Virus record (IMG/VR): IMGVR_UViG_3300009093_000034
Span: 1 to 64,000 of that record
Reading direction: 5' to 3' (one strand)
DNA length: 64,000 bases
Shown here piece by piece: positions 36,200 to 45,585 of the stretch (the stretch's first letter is position 1; every line of letters begins with the position of its first letter). Made by a program: the position numbers and the translations under genes. The notes under the pieces were generated by a model, which saw nothing but the letters and a program-made list of their open reading frames with translations, was not told the DNA's origin and ran no database searches.

Positions 36200-37714
36200 A
36201 TGATGCAAAAGAAAGCTTCATCATTCGATGAACTCTGGGACAGGGTTTACTCACAGTACCAAGAAGACGCTGCCATAGAGCTCGGACACAACCCTCAAGC
36301 AAAACCTGGGGATGAAGAAGCTACCGCTTGGTTCAGAAACACGAAGAACGGGCAGTATGACATCCCAAGCTCTGAGAACTACATCAAGACCGTTGCCAAT
36401 CAATTGAAGATGGGTCCAACCCCTTTGCCACAAGACTTTGTGGCCTTTCTTAACTCTGCTGTCAAGCAATTTGGTCCTCAGATGCCTGATGTCATTGTTT
36501 ATGACCAGTTAGACCAAAAGACCATCAACAACATCAACTCAAGATTCCCTAATTTCTTCATCACAAGTGTCGTTCAGATCAAGGACCATAACACAGGAAA
36601 ACCTGTTGGTGTTTGGGGAGTCTTCAAACCTTCTAGCAACGCTACCGCAGCTTATGACAACACTAGAGTCATGAAAAGACTTGACACCATGAAAGAAGCC
36701 GGAGGCCCTTTGAGCATTGGAAACAGCTTCTTAGGTTCACTCTATGGTGCAGCAGGAAACATGATCACCAAAGGTGTTGGAAAGCTCTTCAATAAAGACG
36801 CAAGCAAGCCAACCACTCCAGTCAGTCCTCAACCTCAACAAGTCTCTACTGCTCAACAAACCGACAACCCAGCTTCTCCTAACAGACCTGGTATCTCCGT
36901 CCAAGGTGTGACCGCTGGTCCTGAAGAGTACCAGAAGGTTGATCAACTTGTTCAAGCTTTGATCAAGACCTTTGGTTCTCAACCAAAGAAAGAAGACTTG
37001 TCCTCTGAAGCCAGAGAGTTCATCAAGGCTTATGGTCTTGAAAAGATGTTTGAAGCAGACCTTCGTTCTGGTCTTCAAAGTGTCCAGACCTTCTTAAGAA
37101 CCCTTCAGGGAAAAGGAAGCTCTCAAAAGTGGGGACTTCAAGATTTCCAGAACCTCTCCACTCTTCTTGATGATCCAGATGTTCAAGCTCTTCTAAAACA
37201 AAAGAAGATCGTCTCAAACTTGAACAAAGCTGACTTCCAGATCTTGATTCAAACTGTTGAACAAAAGACCGGTAAAGATCAAGGCAACAAACAGAACCAA
37301 GCCATCAAAACAAGCTCAGACCCTAGAGTTGTGGCAGCTGGATACACGGATCTCTTCAAGAAACTCGCTATGGATCCAAAAGCCAAAGGTGAAGCCGTCA
37401 ATCTTTGGAGAGCTAACCACCAATCTACAGATTTAACCACTTGGTCTGTTAATGACCTCAAGACAATCGACAACTTAGCTGCAACCTTCTTAGGTCCTAA
37501 CATGGTGATCAACGCTAATCTAGTTAAGAACTCTGAGAACCCATCTTTGACTCTTGGTGGAAAACAAGTTCAATCAGCACCTGTTCCACAAGCAACTCCA
37601 GGAGCAAATAAAGCTACAGTTGATGCCATTACTAAATACATGAATACACATAAGATGATAGCTGCAGACAAAGAAGCCTTTTCTAGAGTTCTTAGATTGT
37701 TGAAATCTAATTAA
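36200..37714 (+). CDS. Hypothetical virion protein
   Basis: Lies between the protease and MCP; ACTAATT at 36180; YQEDA/MKEA/MFEA motifs. Confidence 0.6.
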   Translation: MMQKKASSFDELWDRVYSQYQEDAAIELGHNPQAKPGDEEATAWFRNTKNGQYDIPSSENYIKTVANQLKMGPTPLPQDFVAFLNSAVKQFGPQMPDVIVYDQLDQKTINNINSRFPNFFITSVVQIKDHNTGKPVGVWGVFKPSSNATAAYDNTRVMKRLDTMKEAGGPLSIGNSFLGSLYGAAGNMITKGVGKLFNKDASKPTTPVSPQPQQVSTAQQTDNPASPNRPGISVQGVTAGPEEYQKVDQLVQALIKTFGSQPKKEDLSSEAREFIKAYGLEKMFEADLRSGLQSVQTFLRTLQGKGSSQKWGLQDFQNLSTLLDDPDVQALLKQKKIVSNLNKADFQILIQTVEQKTGKDQGNKQNQAIKTSSDPRVVAAGYTDLFKKLAMDPKAKGEAVNLWRANHQSTDLTTWSVNDLKTIDNLAATFLGPNMVINANLVKNSENPSLTLGGKQVQSAPVPQATPGANKATVDAITKYMNTHKMIAADKEAFSRVLRLLKSN

Positions 37715-37946
37715 AATAGAAGAGTTTTTATCTTTTTCGAAAGCTGCTACTAACTTATCAGGATTAGCGATACTAACTAAATCGTAAGCTAATAATTCGG
37801 CTTTATATGCCGAGAATTGATAATGGGATACCTTAAACTGCCCAACAACGGATCTGTCAACAACATATGGACAACGAGAATTGCCGGATGTGCTTCGAGT
37901 CACTTTTACTCAGACGTTTTTACAATACACGCAAAAGGAAAACATT

Positions 37947-39725
37947 ATGTCAGGTGGAATCACCGGAAGAATGAACAGCGAATTGCGCGAAGCTATCACT
38001 GATAAGCTTTACCGCGATGAGCGCTCCTACCGCGACGACAAGCTCGTTGAAAAGTGGAACAGAATTCCCGAGGTAGGAAAGAATATTAAGAAGCTCGACG
38101 AAGGAACCGCAAGGCTCTTGGCTCGTCACTTGGAAAACCAAGCTCGCTTCATGGGTCGCTTGACTGAGGCCCAACTCTCTAGCGGATTCCAGGGTTTCTC
38201 CCCTGAGAACATGCTTCGTTTGGTTCGTTTGGCATACCCAAACACCATCAGAAACAAGCTCTTCACCGAGTTCGCAATGGAATCCGCAAAGGACTCCATC
38301 AAGTATATCCGCCCTGTCTACACCACCACCGCTAACGGTCAGAACTTGAACGATCGTACCTTCGGTGTTCCTGGTTGGTCAAACGCTGGCGATGCCTACG
38401 ATCCTGCCGATCCTTGGAACCTTAACGGTTCGAACGACATCAACAACAGCGACTACCGCAGAGCAATGTACGAAACCAACGAAGATCGTTACACCAACCC
38501 AATGGCTAACGCTCTTGTTGCAACTTTCGACGGAACTCACACTTGGACCGTTTACGACTCTGTTAAGGCAGTTCAGACGTTCTCTGCCGTTACCGACACA
38601 TCAGCTGTTGCTAACGTTGGTGGAACCACTCTAACCCTTAACACCACCGGAACTTGGGTCATCTATGGTACTCTTACCATCGGTACCACCCACGCCGCAG
38701 TCGGTTCTTCTGCCTTCTCTCTCGGCTACGTCGATGGATACGCTTCTCTCTTCACTGCAGCAGACAGCTATCCTCCTTCCGCCGGAACTGGTTGGCACCT
38801 TCAGGAGCAGAACGTCATCGCTACTCAGAACAAGACTGGCGCTGCTCTCTCCGTTAACGGATCTTGGATGATCAAGTCTGGATCCACTCTCACCATCACC
38901 GCAACCTCCCTCGTTGGTGTGTTCGCTCTCGGTGGTGCAGATGCCGCAAACGTCCGCGGTGGTTATGGCCGTTTTAACCCAGAAGGTGACTTCCAGGGTA
39001 ACTTCCTTGGTGAAGTTGAGTTGATCATGACCGACTACTGGTTCAGACCACAGCCAACTACCATTGGTGTTACGTGGAGCCAGTTGACCGAGCTTGTTCT
39101 CGACACCTCCTTCGGAGTTGCCGCTGAGGAGCTCTTGGTTGACTACGCTGGCCAGGAAATCAAGAGATCTCTCGACGTTCGCGCCGTAAAGATCGCTTAC
39201 CAAGCCGCCAAGATGAACCCAAGCTACTACACGATCACCTTTGATGCATCCTCTGGAAATAGCACGGACGACTCTTACCTCTCTACCGCTCAGACCTTCA
39301 CTCAGGCTATCGCCCGTGTTGCAGACGTTCAATTGAACGATATCAACCGTGGTGGAGTTAGCCGAATGGTTGGTGGACCTGCAGCAATGACTTACCTCCG
39401 CATGGTCGGTGGTTTCTCTGCTAAGGGCCAGATGACCCCAGTCGGTGGTCACCAGATTGGAGAGCTTCAGGGCATTCCATTGTTCAAGGTTCCTTCTAAC
39501 GTCATCCCTGATGACGAGATCCTTTGTGTTTGGAAGAACGACGAGAACGAGGCAGACGTTGCAGTTGCCTTCGGTACCTTGGTTCCTTTCTTCAGCACTG
39601 GTATCATCCAGAGGAAGAACTTCTACAAGGAAGCAGGTCTTTCGACCTACGGTGACTGGAACGTTCTAAACAGACGTTACCTTGGTCTTATCAAGATCAC
39701 CGGTCTCCGCCAGCTCCAGAACTAA
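37947..39725 (+). CDS. Major capsid protein (T4 gp23-like, HK97 fold) with large Thr/Gly-rich insertion
   Basis: LVEKWNRIP, LENQ, LTE-AQ maturation-like site, MLRLVRLAYPN, GEVELIM, QEIKRSLD, strong codon bias, followed by a terminator; likely start is ATG 37947 (AAGGAA RBS). Confidence 0.9.
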   Translation: MSGGITGRMNSELREAITDKLYRDERSYRDDKLVEKWNRIPEVGKNIKKLDEGTARLLARHLENQARFMGRLTEAQLSSGFQGFSPENMLRLVRLAYPNTIRNKLFTEFAMESAKDSIKYIRPVYTTTANGQNLNDRTFGVPGWSNAGDAYDPADPWNLNGSNDINNSDYRRAMYETNEDRYTNPMANALVATFDGTHTWTVYDSVKAVQTFSAVTDTSAVANVGGTTLTLNTTGTWVIYGTLTIGTTHAAVGSSAFSLGYVDGYASLFTAADSYPPSAGTGWHLQEQNVIATQNKTGAALSVNGSWMIKSGSTLTITATSLVGVFALGGADAANVRGGYGRFNPEGDFQGNFLGEVELIMTDYWFRPQPTTIGVTWSQLTELVLDTSFGVAAEELLVDYAGQEIKRSLDVRAVKIAYQAAKMNPSYYTITFDASSGNSTDDSYLSTAQTFTQAIARVADVQLNDINRGGVSRMVGGPAAMTYLRMVGGFSAKGQMTPVGGHQIGELQGIPLFKVPSNVIPDDEILCVWKNDENEADVAVAFGTLVPFFSTGIIQRKNFYKEAGLSTYGDWNVLNRRYLGLIKITGLRQLQN

Positions 39726-39749
39726 TCTAGACTAGATTCTTAAGTCAAG

Positions 39750-39780
39750 AAAAACCCTCTCGAAAGAGAGGGTTTTTTAT
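39750..39780 (+). terminator. Intrinsic terminator after MCP
   Basis: AAAAACCCTCTC-GAAA-GAGAGGGTTTTT. Confidence 0.9.
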
Positions 39781-39807
39781 TTTATACTTAGACATAAGGA
39801 AAACTAT

Positions 39808-40338
39808 ATGACACACTACTTCAGCACAGAAGATCTAGAACGACTCATGATGAATCAGATCCAATACCAAAAGGATCTAGATGAAGAATTTAAGGTTCCT
39901 CTTCTTGACATTGGTTCAACTCTTGAACGTCACCTTCGAAGCATTGAGATCCCATCGGATAGAGTCAAGATCTTGGTGATGAACACCTCTGTTGAGAAGT
40001 TCACCATCAACAACACTGAGGTGATCATCCATGCAAAGCCGATCCCAACTCTGGAGTCAAAGGATCTCGAGTTCTTTCCAGAGCAAAAGAGATACATTGA
40101 AGAAAACATTCAAGACGTGTTTGATACTCTGACAGAGTTCGACTTCTTGGTCTTCGGTCTTTTCATCCCATATGTGTTGAATGGAACCATGACTTGGAAC
40201 ACTGACATCAATGAACAACCTAACGCTCTTAAGACCTCAGCCTTCTTGGGAGGTTACATGGTCTTAACCACAAAGACATCTCCTTACTCGTTGGATGCTT
40301 ACTCCAAGGAATGGAGAAAGATGCTTGACAATAGTTAG
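39808..40338 (+). CDS. Mini MCP-paralogue 1
   Basis: LERLMMNQIQYQKDL and DFLVFGLFIPYVLNG resemble MCP LARHLENQARFMGRL and DVAVAFGTLVPFFSTG. Confidence 0.55.
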   Translation: MTHYFSTEDLERLMMNQIQYQKDLDEEFKVPLLDIGSTLERHLRSIEIPSDRVKILVMNTSVEKFTINNTEVIIHAKPIPTLESKDLEFFPEQKRYIEENIQDVFDTLTEFDFLVFGLFIPYVLNGTMTWNTDINEQPNALKTSAFLGGYMVLTTKTSPYSLDAYSKEWRKMLDNS

Positions 40339-40367
40339 GTTTATACTATGTTGATTAGGAGATCCTT

Positions 40368-40910
40368 ATGATCGAAGTTCCAGAAACAGAACTCTATGGA
40401 ATGTTTCAAAACCAACTTAAGTTCCAAGAAAGACTTCCTGAGACTAACACTTTTCTAAAGTTCCTTCCTCCGATCGATGTGGGAACTAAGATTAGAAAGG
40501 TCTTTGGAACTCTAAATGTTCCTGAGAATACTAAAATCATCTCTTTGGATACAGCCAAAGCTGCCTATTCTTACAAAAAAGATGCTCTAGATAAAGCTCT
40601 TTTCTTTCCAGAAGAAGGAGATTCTGTCTACTACTTCAGAGTTAGACCAATCTCCTTACTAGGTGAAGTTTACACCCATCCTTCAGATCAAGAAAGAGAC
40701 TTTTTCTTAGATTTCAAGAACAATCTAGAAAACTTCATTAACGAGATCTCAAACAAAACAAATGATCCTTCTAAAAAGATAGTTCTAGGAATTCTAGTTC
40801 CATTCTTCCTTACTGGAGCTATTCAAAGAGAGAACTTCTTCAAGGACTCTCAATTGGCTCTGTATGGGGATTGGACCACTATTGATGTTCAGGTAAAATC
40901 AGATGATTGA
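40368..40910 (+). CDS. Mini MCP-paralogue 2
   Basis: IVLGILVPFFLTGAIQRENFFKDSQLALYGDWTTI vs MCP VAFGTLVPFFSTGIIQRKNFYKEAGLSTYGDWNVL; FQNQLKFQERLPE vs LENQARFMGRLTE. Confidence 0.8.
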   Translation: MIEVPETELYGMFQNQLKFQERLPETNTFLKFLPPIDVGTKIRKVFGTLNVPENTKIISLDTAKAAYSYKKDALDKALFFPEEGDSVYYFRVRPISLLGEVYTHPSDQERDFFLDFKNNLENFINEISNKTNDPSKKIVLGILVPFFLTGAIQRENFFKDSQLALYGDWTTIDVQVKSDD

Positions 40911-41409
40911 AGAGACTTTGATAAAGGTGATCTCCCAATCTCAGCTTGATCAACTTTACGAGAACCAAAAAAACTATTACTACACCCTAAACGACCATCA
41001 TCCTTTGGTAGATGCTCTCCCTCTCTATAAGGTCAAAGAAGCCTTGGAACAAGTCTTTCAAGGTCTCAATGTTCCAAATAATGTTGATTTTCATGTTGTA
41101 AGTAACCCAAACGGATTGAATGATCCAGGAGATTGGTACAACTATGATAGGTTTACCGATGAAGGAGAGAAGGTCTCAGTTCAATATTGGTTTAGACTTT
41201 ATCCTGGAAAGGTCATAGTAGAGTTGACTCCATCGTTCTTAGATGATTACAAGAAAGAGTTTCAGAACTACATCAACAAGAACTTAGCAGAGATTAAGAG
41301 ATGGCATCCTAGAAAAAAGATGGTCATGACGATTGCCATTTGGATTCCTTTCTGGTTTAACACTTCAAGTAGAAATGTGAACTTGTTCGGCGACCATCTC
41401 ATTCATTAA
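40903..41409 (+). CDS. Mini MCP-paralogue 3
   Basis: LYENQKNY, VFQGLNVPNN, YWFRLYP, KKMVMTIAIWIPFW..LFGD shared with paralogue 2. Confidence 0.6.
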   Translation: MIEETLIKVISQSQLDQLYENQKNYYYTLNDHHPLVDALPLYKVKEALEQVFQGLNVPNNVDFHVVSNPNGLNDPGDWYNYDRFTDEGEKVSVQYWFRLYPGKVIVELTPSFLDDYKKEFQNYINKNLAEIKRWHPRKKMVMTIAIWIPFWFNTSSRNVNLFGDHLIH

Positions 41410-41418
41410 GGAAAAAGT

Positions 41419-42372
41419 ATGAAACTATCTTATGAACAAAAGATTCAAATCTTAATTGATAATCAACTAAAGTACATGAAAACTCTTAAAGACGAAGACA
41501 AGAAACGTTTTCCCTTTAAAGAAGAACATGTAGAAAAGATGGTAAGAACCATCTTCAAAGAAGATGGTGTGATCAATCAAATGTTTGATTGGACAACTTC
41601 TCCTGTAGGAGAACCATTAACCACAGATTACCTGGTAACATCTATGTCTGGTCCAGAAGATGGGATTCCAGAAGTTACTCTTGATATAAAAACCCATACG
41701 TTCACAAAGGGTCATCATTCTTATCTAGTAACATCGTCATCTAAACTTGACGAGATTAAAGAAAGTATGAAAATATGGGGAGAAGAAGTTCTTATTCAGA
41801 TTGTAGCTGAAGCACTACGAAACAGTTTAGGGTCTCGTTTCATCAAAGAGATTCAAAAAATCATTGAGTTGAATCCTTATTACAAAAGCCTATTTGATAT
41901 ACCTTTCTCTATAGAAGAGACAGAGGGAAGATCGTTTGTTAAATCGGTAGACGTTTCATTCGTTCAAAATTATGTTCATGCTGAAGCAAGTATGTACAGA
42001 CAACTCACTAGAGGTGGAGTTACTCATATTTTATCAGGTGTTTTAATGGATTCTTATTGGAGAGTCCACCAGCAATTTGATTGGAGATCTGCTACTCAAC
42101 CAGTTTTTATTCATAGAACGGGATCTATCCAAGGAATCCAGATGTGGAGAGGCCCAAAACATCTTATTGAAGAAAGTTCTGGTTATTTTCTTTGGAAAAA
42201 TCCAGATATAGAAGAAGATAAGCTAATGACTCTCGCTATTCAAACCCCTTTTATTTTAAGTAACAGATCAAACGATTTCTCTTCTAACGAGTTCTTCTTT
42301 GACGGAGACTTAGTAGTCTTTCAACCAGGATACGTAAGAGAGATTAAACTCTTAGGTTTGCCATCCATCTAA
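41419..42372 (+). CDS. Compact MCP-paralogue (near-complete HK97 core without the insertion)
   Basis: Collinear matches to MCP: LIDNQLKYM; PEVTLDI; EEVLIQIVAEALRNSL; NPYYKSLFD; LTRGGVTHILSG; GSIQGIQMW; WKNPDIEED; TPF; GDLVVF..GYVREIKLLGL. Confidence 0.8.
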   Translation: MKLSYEQKIQILIDNQLKYMKTLKDEDKKRFPFKEEHVEKMVRTIFKEDGVINQMFDWTTSPVGEPLTTDYLVTSMSGPEDGIPEVTLDIKTHTFTKGHHSYLVTSSSKLDEIKESMKIWGEEVLIQIVAEALRNSLGSRFIKEIQKIIELNPYYKSLFDIPFSIEETEGRSFVKSVDVSFVQNYVHAEASMYRQLTRGGVTHILSGVLMDSYWRVHQQFDWRSATQPVFIHRTGSIQGIQMWRGPKHLIEESSGYFLWKNPDIEEDKLMTLAIQTPFILSNRSNDFSSNEFFFDGDLVVFQPGYVREIKLLGLPSI

Positions 42373-42389
42373 CTATTAACTAATTTAAC

Positions 42390-42641
42390 ATGCCACTAAA
42401 ACCTCGAATCGGTGTCCACTACGAAAGCATCAGGCCACAAGAAACCGCTGAGATGGCCATTCAACGACTTAAGATCAGACCTAAGGATTGGGTCATTCTT
42501 CCTATCATCAAACTTTCTGGATCTCAAAAGATCCTTCCACTTAAGTTCTCAGGTATCTCAGACTCGATGACTAAGATCGAAGGACCTGGTTTTATCATTG
42601 AAAAAATGTACGATCTTTTGACTAAATCCCAAATCTCTTAA
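42390..42641 (+). CDS. Hypothetical protein (candidate leaderless)
   Basis: ACTAATT-N4-ATG. Confidence 0.65.
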   Translation: MPLKPRIGVHYESIRPQETAEMAIQRLKIRPKDWVILPIIKLSGSQKILPLKFSGISDSMTKIEGPGFIIEKMYDLLTKSQIS

Positions 42642-42659
42642 GATATTGTAAGACGAGAG

Positions 42660-42962
42660 GTGAACATGATCGGAAAACTGATTGGTGGTGTGGTCCTCGT
42701 GATCATCGCTGCTATTCTGTTCTGGCTGATTTGGGGTCTTCTGACCCCCTGGATCGTCAATTCCATCCCCGCTGGGGAGTGGAAAGCTTTCATGGGTGTG
42801 GTGGTCACCATCGTCGTGGGTTGGTTTGGAGGAATCGTTCTTCCTCTGGTCCCCCTGATTGCTGGTATCGTCTTCATCTTCAAGTTCTTCGGTCAGGCTT
42901 TTGCCTTGGCCACCGGTTCGAACATCGGTAAGTATCGTTACCGTGGTCGTCCCTACCAGTAA
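42660..42962 (+). CDS. Membrane protein
   Basis: Two to three TM segments; GAGGTG RBS; AAGATATTGT motif upstream. Confidence 0.75.
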   Translation: MNMIGKLIGGVVLVIIAAILFWLIWGLLTPWIVNSIPAGEWKAFMGVVVTIVVGWFGGIVLPLVPLIAGIVFIFKFFGQAFALATGSNIGKYRYRGRPYQ

Positions 42963-42983
42963 GAACTTTCAGTTTTGTTAAAG

Positions 42984-43008
42984 ATCCTCCCGAAAGGGAG
43001 GATTTTTT
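42984..43008 (+). terminator. Intrinsic terminator
   Basis: ATCCTCCC-GAAA-GGGAGGAT plus T-tract. Confidence 0.85.
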
Positions 43009-43029
43009 ATTGTCTTCTAGATATACTAC

Positions 43030-43040
43030 TGAGATATTGT
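43030..43040 (+). promoter_or_regulatory. TGAGATATTGT motif heading the accessory gene array
   Basis: Exact motif, 7 nt before ATG 43048. Confidence 0.65.
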
Positions 43041-43047
43041 AGCCATC

Positions 43048-43272
43048 ATGGATGAACTTACTTGGGAACAGGTGAAAGACGGTAAGCACGAAGAGTGGAA
43101 CGCCGTCCAGAAAGATCACGTTCAGGCTTACATCAAGAGACTCTCTGCTTTTCGTCTCGATGTGAAGTTTCGGAACCCGACCATTGAGGACTTTGAGTTC
43201 CTCGGTTCTTTGGGAGAAGCTAAGTCTTTGACCCGAGAAGAACTGGCTAAGGTCGAACCCATCTCAAAGTAG
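43048..43272 (+). CDS. Hypothetical protein
   Basis: First ORF of a tightly packed array. Confidence 0.7.
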   Translation: MDELTWEQVKDGKHEEWNAVQKDHVQAYIKRLSAFRLDVKFRNPTIEDFEFLGSLGEAKSLTREELAKVEPISK

Positions 43273-43279
43273 GAATAAC

Positions 43280-43492
43280 ATGGCCGAAGTTCACGCCGAG
43301 ATTGAATATATCCATCCCACCGAAGGACACTCTGTCCACAGTGACATCTGTCCTCCTGATTGTGACTCTGAAGGACTTTCTGATCTTGAGTATCGGAAGT
43401 TTCTTCATGATTGTCTTGACGAGTGGTTGGACAAGTCCAAAGGCACTGGCATCTTCTACATCAAGAATGTCGATGCTAAGATTGATTTTTAA
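43280..43492 (+). CDS. Hypothetical protein
   Basis: AGGA RBS, packed. Confidence 0.7.
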   Translation: MAEVHAEIEYIHPTEGHSVHSDICPPDCDSEGLSDLEYRKFLHDCLDEWLDKSKGTGIFYIKNVDAKIDF

Positions 43493-43512
43493 CCTGTAAA
43501 GGAACTAGAAGA

Positions 43513-43761
43513 ATGAGTCAGTATGTCAACGAAAACGTTGCCATTGAGTTTGCCCAGACGGGTACCTTGATTGGCAAGACCGAGCCTTCCAGGGAAACCA
43601 AGTGGACCTGGTGGGAAGTTTATACCAAGGACGACAGAATCGTCGCTTGTGTTGTCGATGAAGAGAACGGAATCATCTGCGGAGAAGAGATCTCCAGGCA
43701 GGAACTCCCTGGATACGTTGACGATATCGAGAATGCCCTAGAGACCCTCGTGGAGGCCTAA
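43513..43761 (+). CDS. Hypothetical protein
   Basis: AAGGAA RBS. Confidence 0.7.
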   Translation: MSQYVNENVAIEFAQTGTLIGKTEPSRETKWTWWEVYTKDDRIVACVVDEENGIICGEEISRQELPGYVDDIENALETLVEA

Positions 43762-43762
43762 C

Positions 43763-44044
43763 ATGCCCGCAGTTCGATTTGAGTCCAATCTGGACGTCCT
43801 GAAAGGAAAGATAGGTGGAACCTTTGATCATTGGGAAGGAGAACTTCCTAAGGTTGGAGATCAACTAAGGATCACCACTCAGAAAGGAGAACTCAGATTC
43901 GAGATCTTGTCAAAGACATGGTTTCTTGGATCCTCTCCTACTTGTGTCTTTTACGTGAGTGTTCCTACCGATCTCTACAAGGAAGAAGGAACTTCTAAGA
44001 TGAAGACTCTTCCTAAAGAATGGACTGACGTCTACTACAAGTAA
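43763..44044 (+). CDS. Hypothetical protein
   Basis: GGAGG RBS. Confidence 0.7.
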   Translation: MPAVRFESNLDVLKGKIGGTFDHWEGELPKVGDQLRITTQKGELRFEILSKTWFLGSSPTCVFYVSVPTDLYKEEGTSKMKTLPKEWTDVYYK

Positions 44045-44053
44045 GGAGATTCT

Positions 44054-44254
44054 ATGGACTTCGGAAAGTACTTTCAGAGCATGTTGGACATCAATGCACA
44101 ACGATGGAAGTTGGCTCTTACTCCTGAAGGGATCGTAATAGACATTGCCGCAATCCTTTTGATCGTAGGAATCACACTTTGGATCAAGTGGGATGACGTT
44201 CGAGATGTCTTCAGTACTCTTAAGAAGATGAGAGATCTTAAAAAGAAAAAGTAA
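44054..44254 (+). CDS. Small single-TM protein
   Basis: IVIDIAAILLIVGITLWI; AGGAG RBS. Confidence 0.7.
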   Translation: MDFGKYFQSMLDINAQRWKLALTPEGIVIDIAAILLIVGITLWIKWDDVRDVFSTLKKMRDLKKKK

Positions 44255-44261
44255 CAACATC

Positions 44262-44753
44262 ATGAAAAAATTTATCTTCCTCGATATTGACGGAGTTCTC
44301 GCAACCACTTGGCACAAACGCCTTGAGGATGGAGAGCTCTGTTTCAATGAGGCACCAGTCAGAAACTTTAACGATCTTTGTACGGCGGTACCTGATGCAA
44401 AGATCATCATCACCTCAACATGGCGTCTTGGTAGAACTGTTGATGAGTTGAGAGCTATCTTCAAGTTTAGAGGTTTTCTTTATCCTGAGAGGATCATCGA
44501 TAAAACTCTCAGATTCTTCTACAACTACGACCTCAGCGATGGAACCTCTGCATCTAAAGGAGTTCCTAGAGGTGTTGAGATCGCTCATTGGATGGATCAT
44601 CATCTCATTGATGAGGATGAGATCTCCTACTTGATTCTTGATGACGACTCAGACATGATGCTCCGTCAAGGCAACCATTTCCTTCGAACCAATAGTTCTA
44701 GAGGTTTGACTTCGACAAACGTCAAAAGAGCGATTAAGATCCTAAATGGCTAG
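44262..44753 (+). CDS. HAD phosphatase, Swiss-Army-Knife RNA-repair-like type
   Basis: FIFLDIDGVL, IIITSTWR, RGVEIAHWM, YLILDDDSDM, GLT. Confidence 0.85.
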   Translation: MKKFIFLDIDGVLATTWHKRLEDGELCFNEAPVRNFNDLCTAVPDAKIIITSTWRLGRTVDELRAIFKFRGFLYPERIIDKTLRFFYNYDLSDGTSASKGVPRGVEIAHWMDHHLIDEDEISYLILDDDSDMMLRQGNHFLRTNSSRGLTSTNVKRAIKILNG

Positions 44754-44940
44754 AACGATCCTCATCACCGGAAATTTTCCTATCTACAAAAACGGTCACA
44801 AGACTGGAAAGACTGAGTTCGTTGTCTCTCATGGAGTCAACGAAGAGACAGGAAGGAACGTGATTCTTCCCTGTGAACACCCTGCCATGCTCGGTGCAAA
44901 GTTCGACTCACAACTTCAAGAGTGGGTGTTGGAGAATTAA
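44746..44940 (+). CDS. Hypothetical protein
   Basis: Overlap-coupled. Confidence 0.65.
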   Translation: MARTILITGNFPIYKNGHKTGKTEFVVSHGVNEETGRNVILPCEHPAMLGAKFDSQLQEWVLEN

Positions 44941-44941
44941 T

Positions 44942-45136
44942 ATGCAAAGTCTCTACGATTGGTTTGATCCCAGTCTTATTACTCATCTTCGTGCTTTACG
45001 GTATGCAGATGAACATGGCCATTTTCCTGAAGATTTCATCGTAAATGGTGTTGAGGTCGGGCCTACTGACATCATTGGTATCTACGCTAAGGTAGCTCAA
45101 GCTCACCTTACCGAGAAGCTTGGACCAAGGAAATAA
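44942..45136 (+). CDS. Hypothetical protein
   Basis: GGAG RBS; likely start MQSLYDWF. Confidence 0.65.
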   Translation: MQSLYDWFDPSLITHLRALRYADEHGHFPEDFIVNGVEVGPTDIIGIYAKVAQAHLTEKLGPRK

Positions 45137-45138
45137 CC

Positions 45139-45585
45139 ATGTTCAGATTTTCAAAACCAAAAGAAGCTCCTACTCGTCACGAAGTAGAAGAAGCCCAAGA
45201 ACTTTACGACAAAGATCCTGAAGGTTTGGTCTTTTTCCGTAAACTCCAGTCCATGGAGCCACCCTACACTCTTAAGAGACACTTTGGATTTTTCTTCGGC
45301 GGAAACTCTTCCATCATGTACCAAGATACCCGAATTCATACTATGCAGGACTTGAGTGCTAAGGCAACAGTTCTCATAGCCAATGGTGCTTACAGAGAAG
45401 GTATGCTCCATCAATGGAATGAGACTCGAACCAAGGTTGATGAACTCATCTCTACTTTGAAGAAGACAGCTAAGAATCTCAAAGATGATACTTTGGTCTC
45501 AATGGCCGAAGGAATGGCCAACGAGATAATTGCCAAGACCATTGAAGAAGTGATCATTCAAGAGATCAAGAAACTTCGATCATGA
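45139..45585 (+). CDS. Hypothetical protein
   Basis: Packed array. Confidence 0.7.
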   Translation: MFRFSKPKEAPTRHEVEEAQELYDKDPEGLVFFRKLQSMEPPYTLKRHFGFFFGGNSSIMYQDTRIHTMQDLSAKATVLIANGAYREGMLHQWNETRTKVDELISTLKKTAKNLKDDTLVSMAEGMANEIIAKTIEEVIIQEIKKLRS

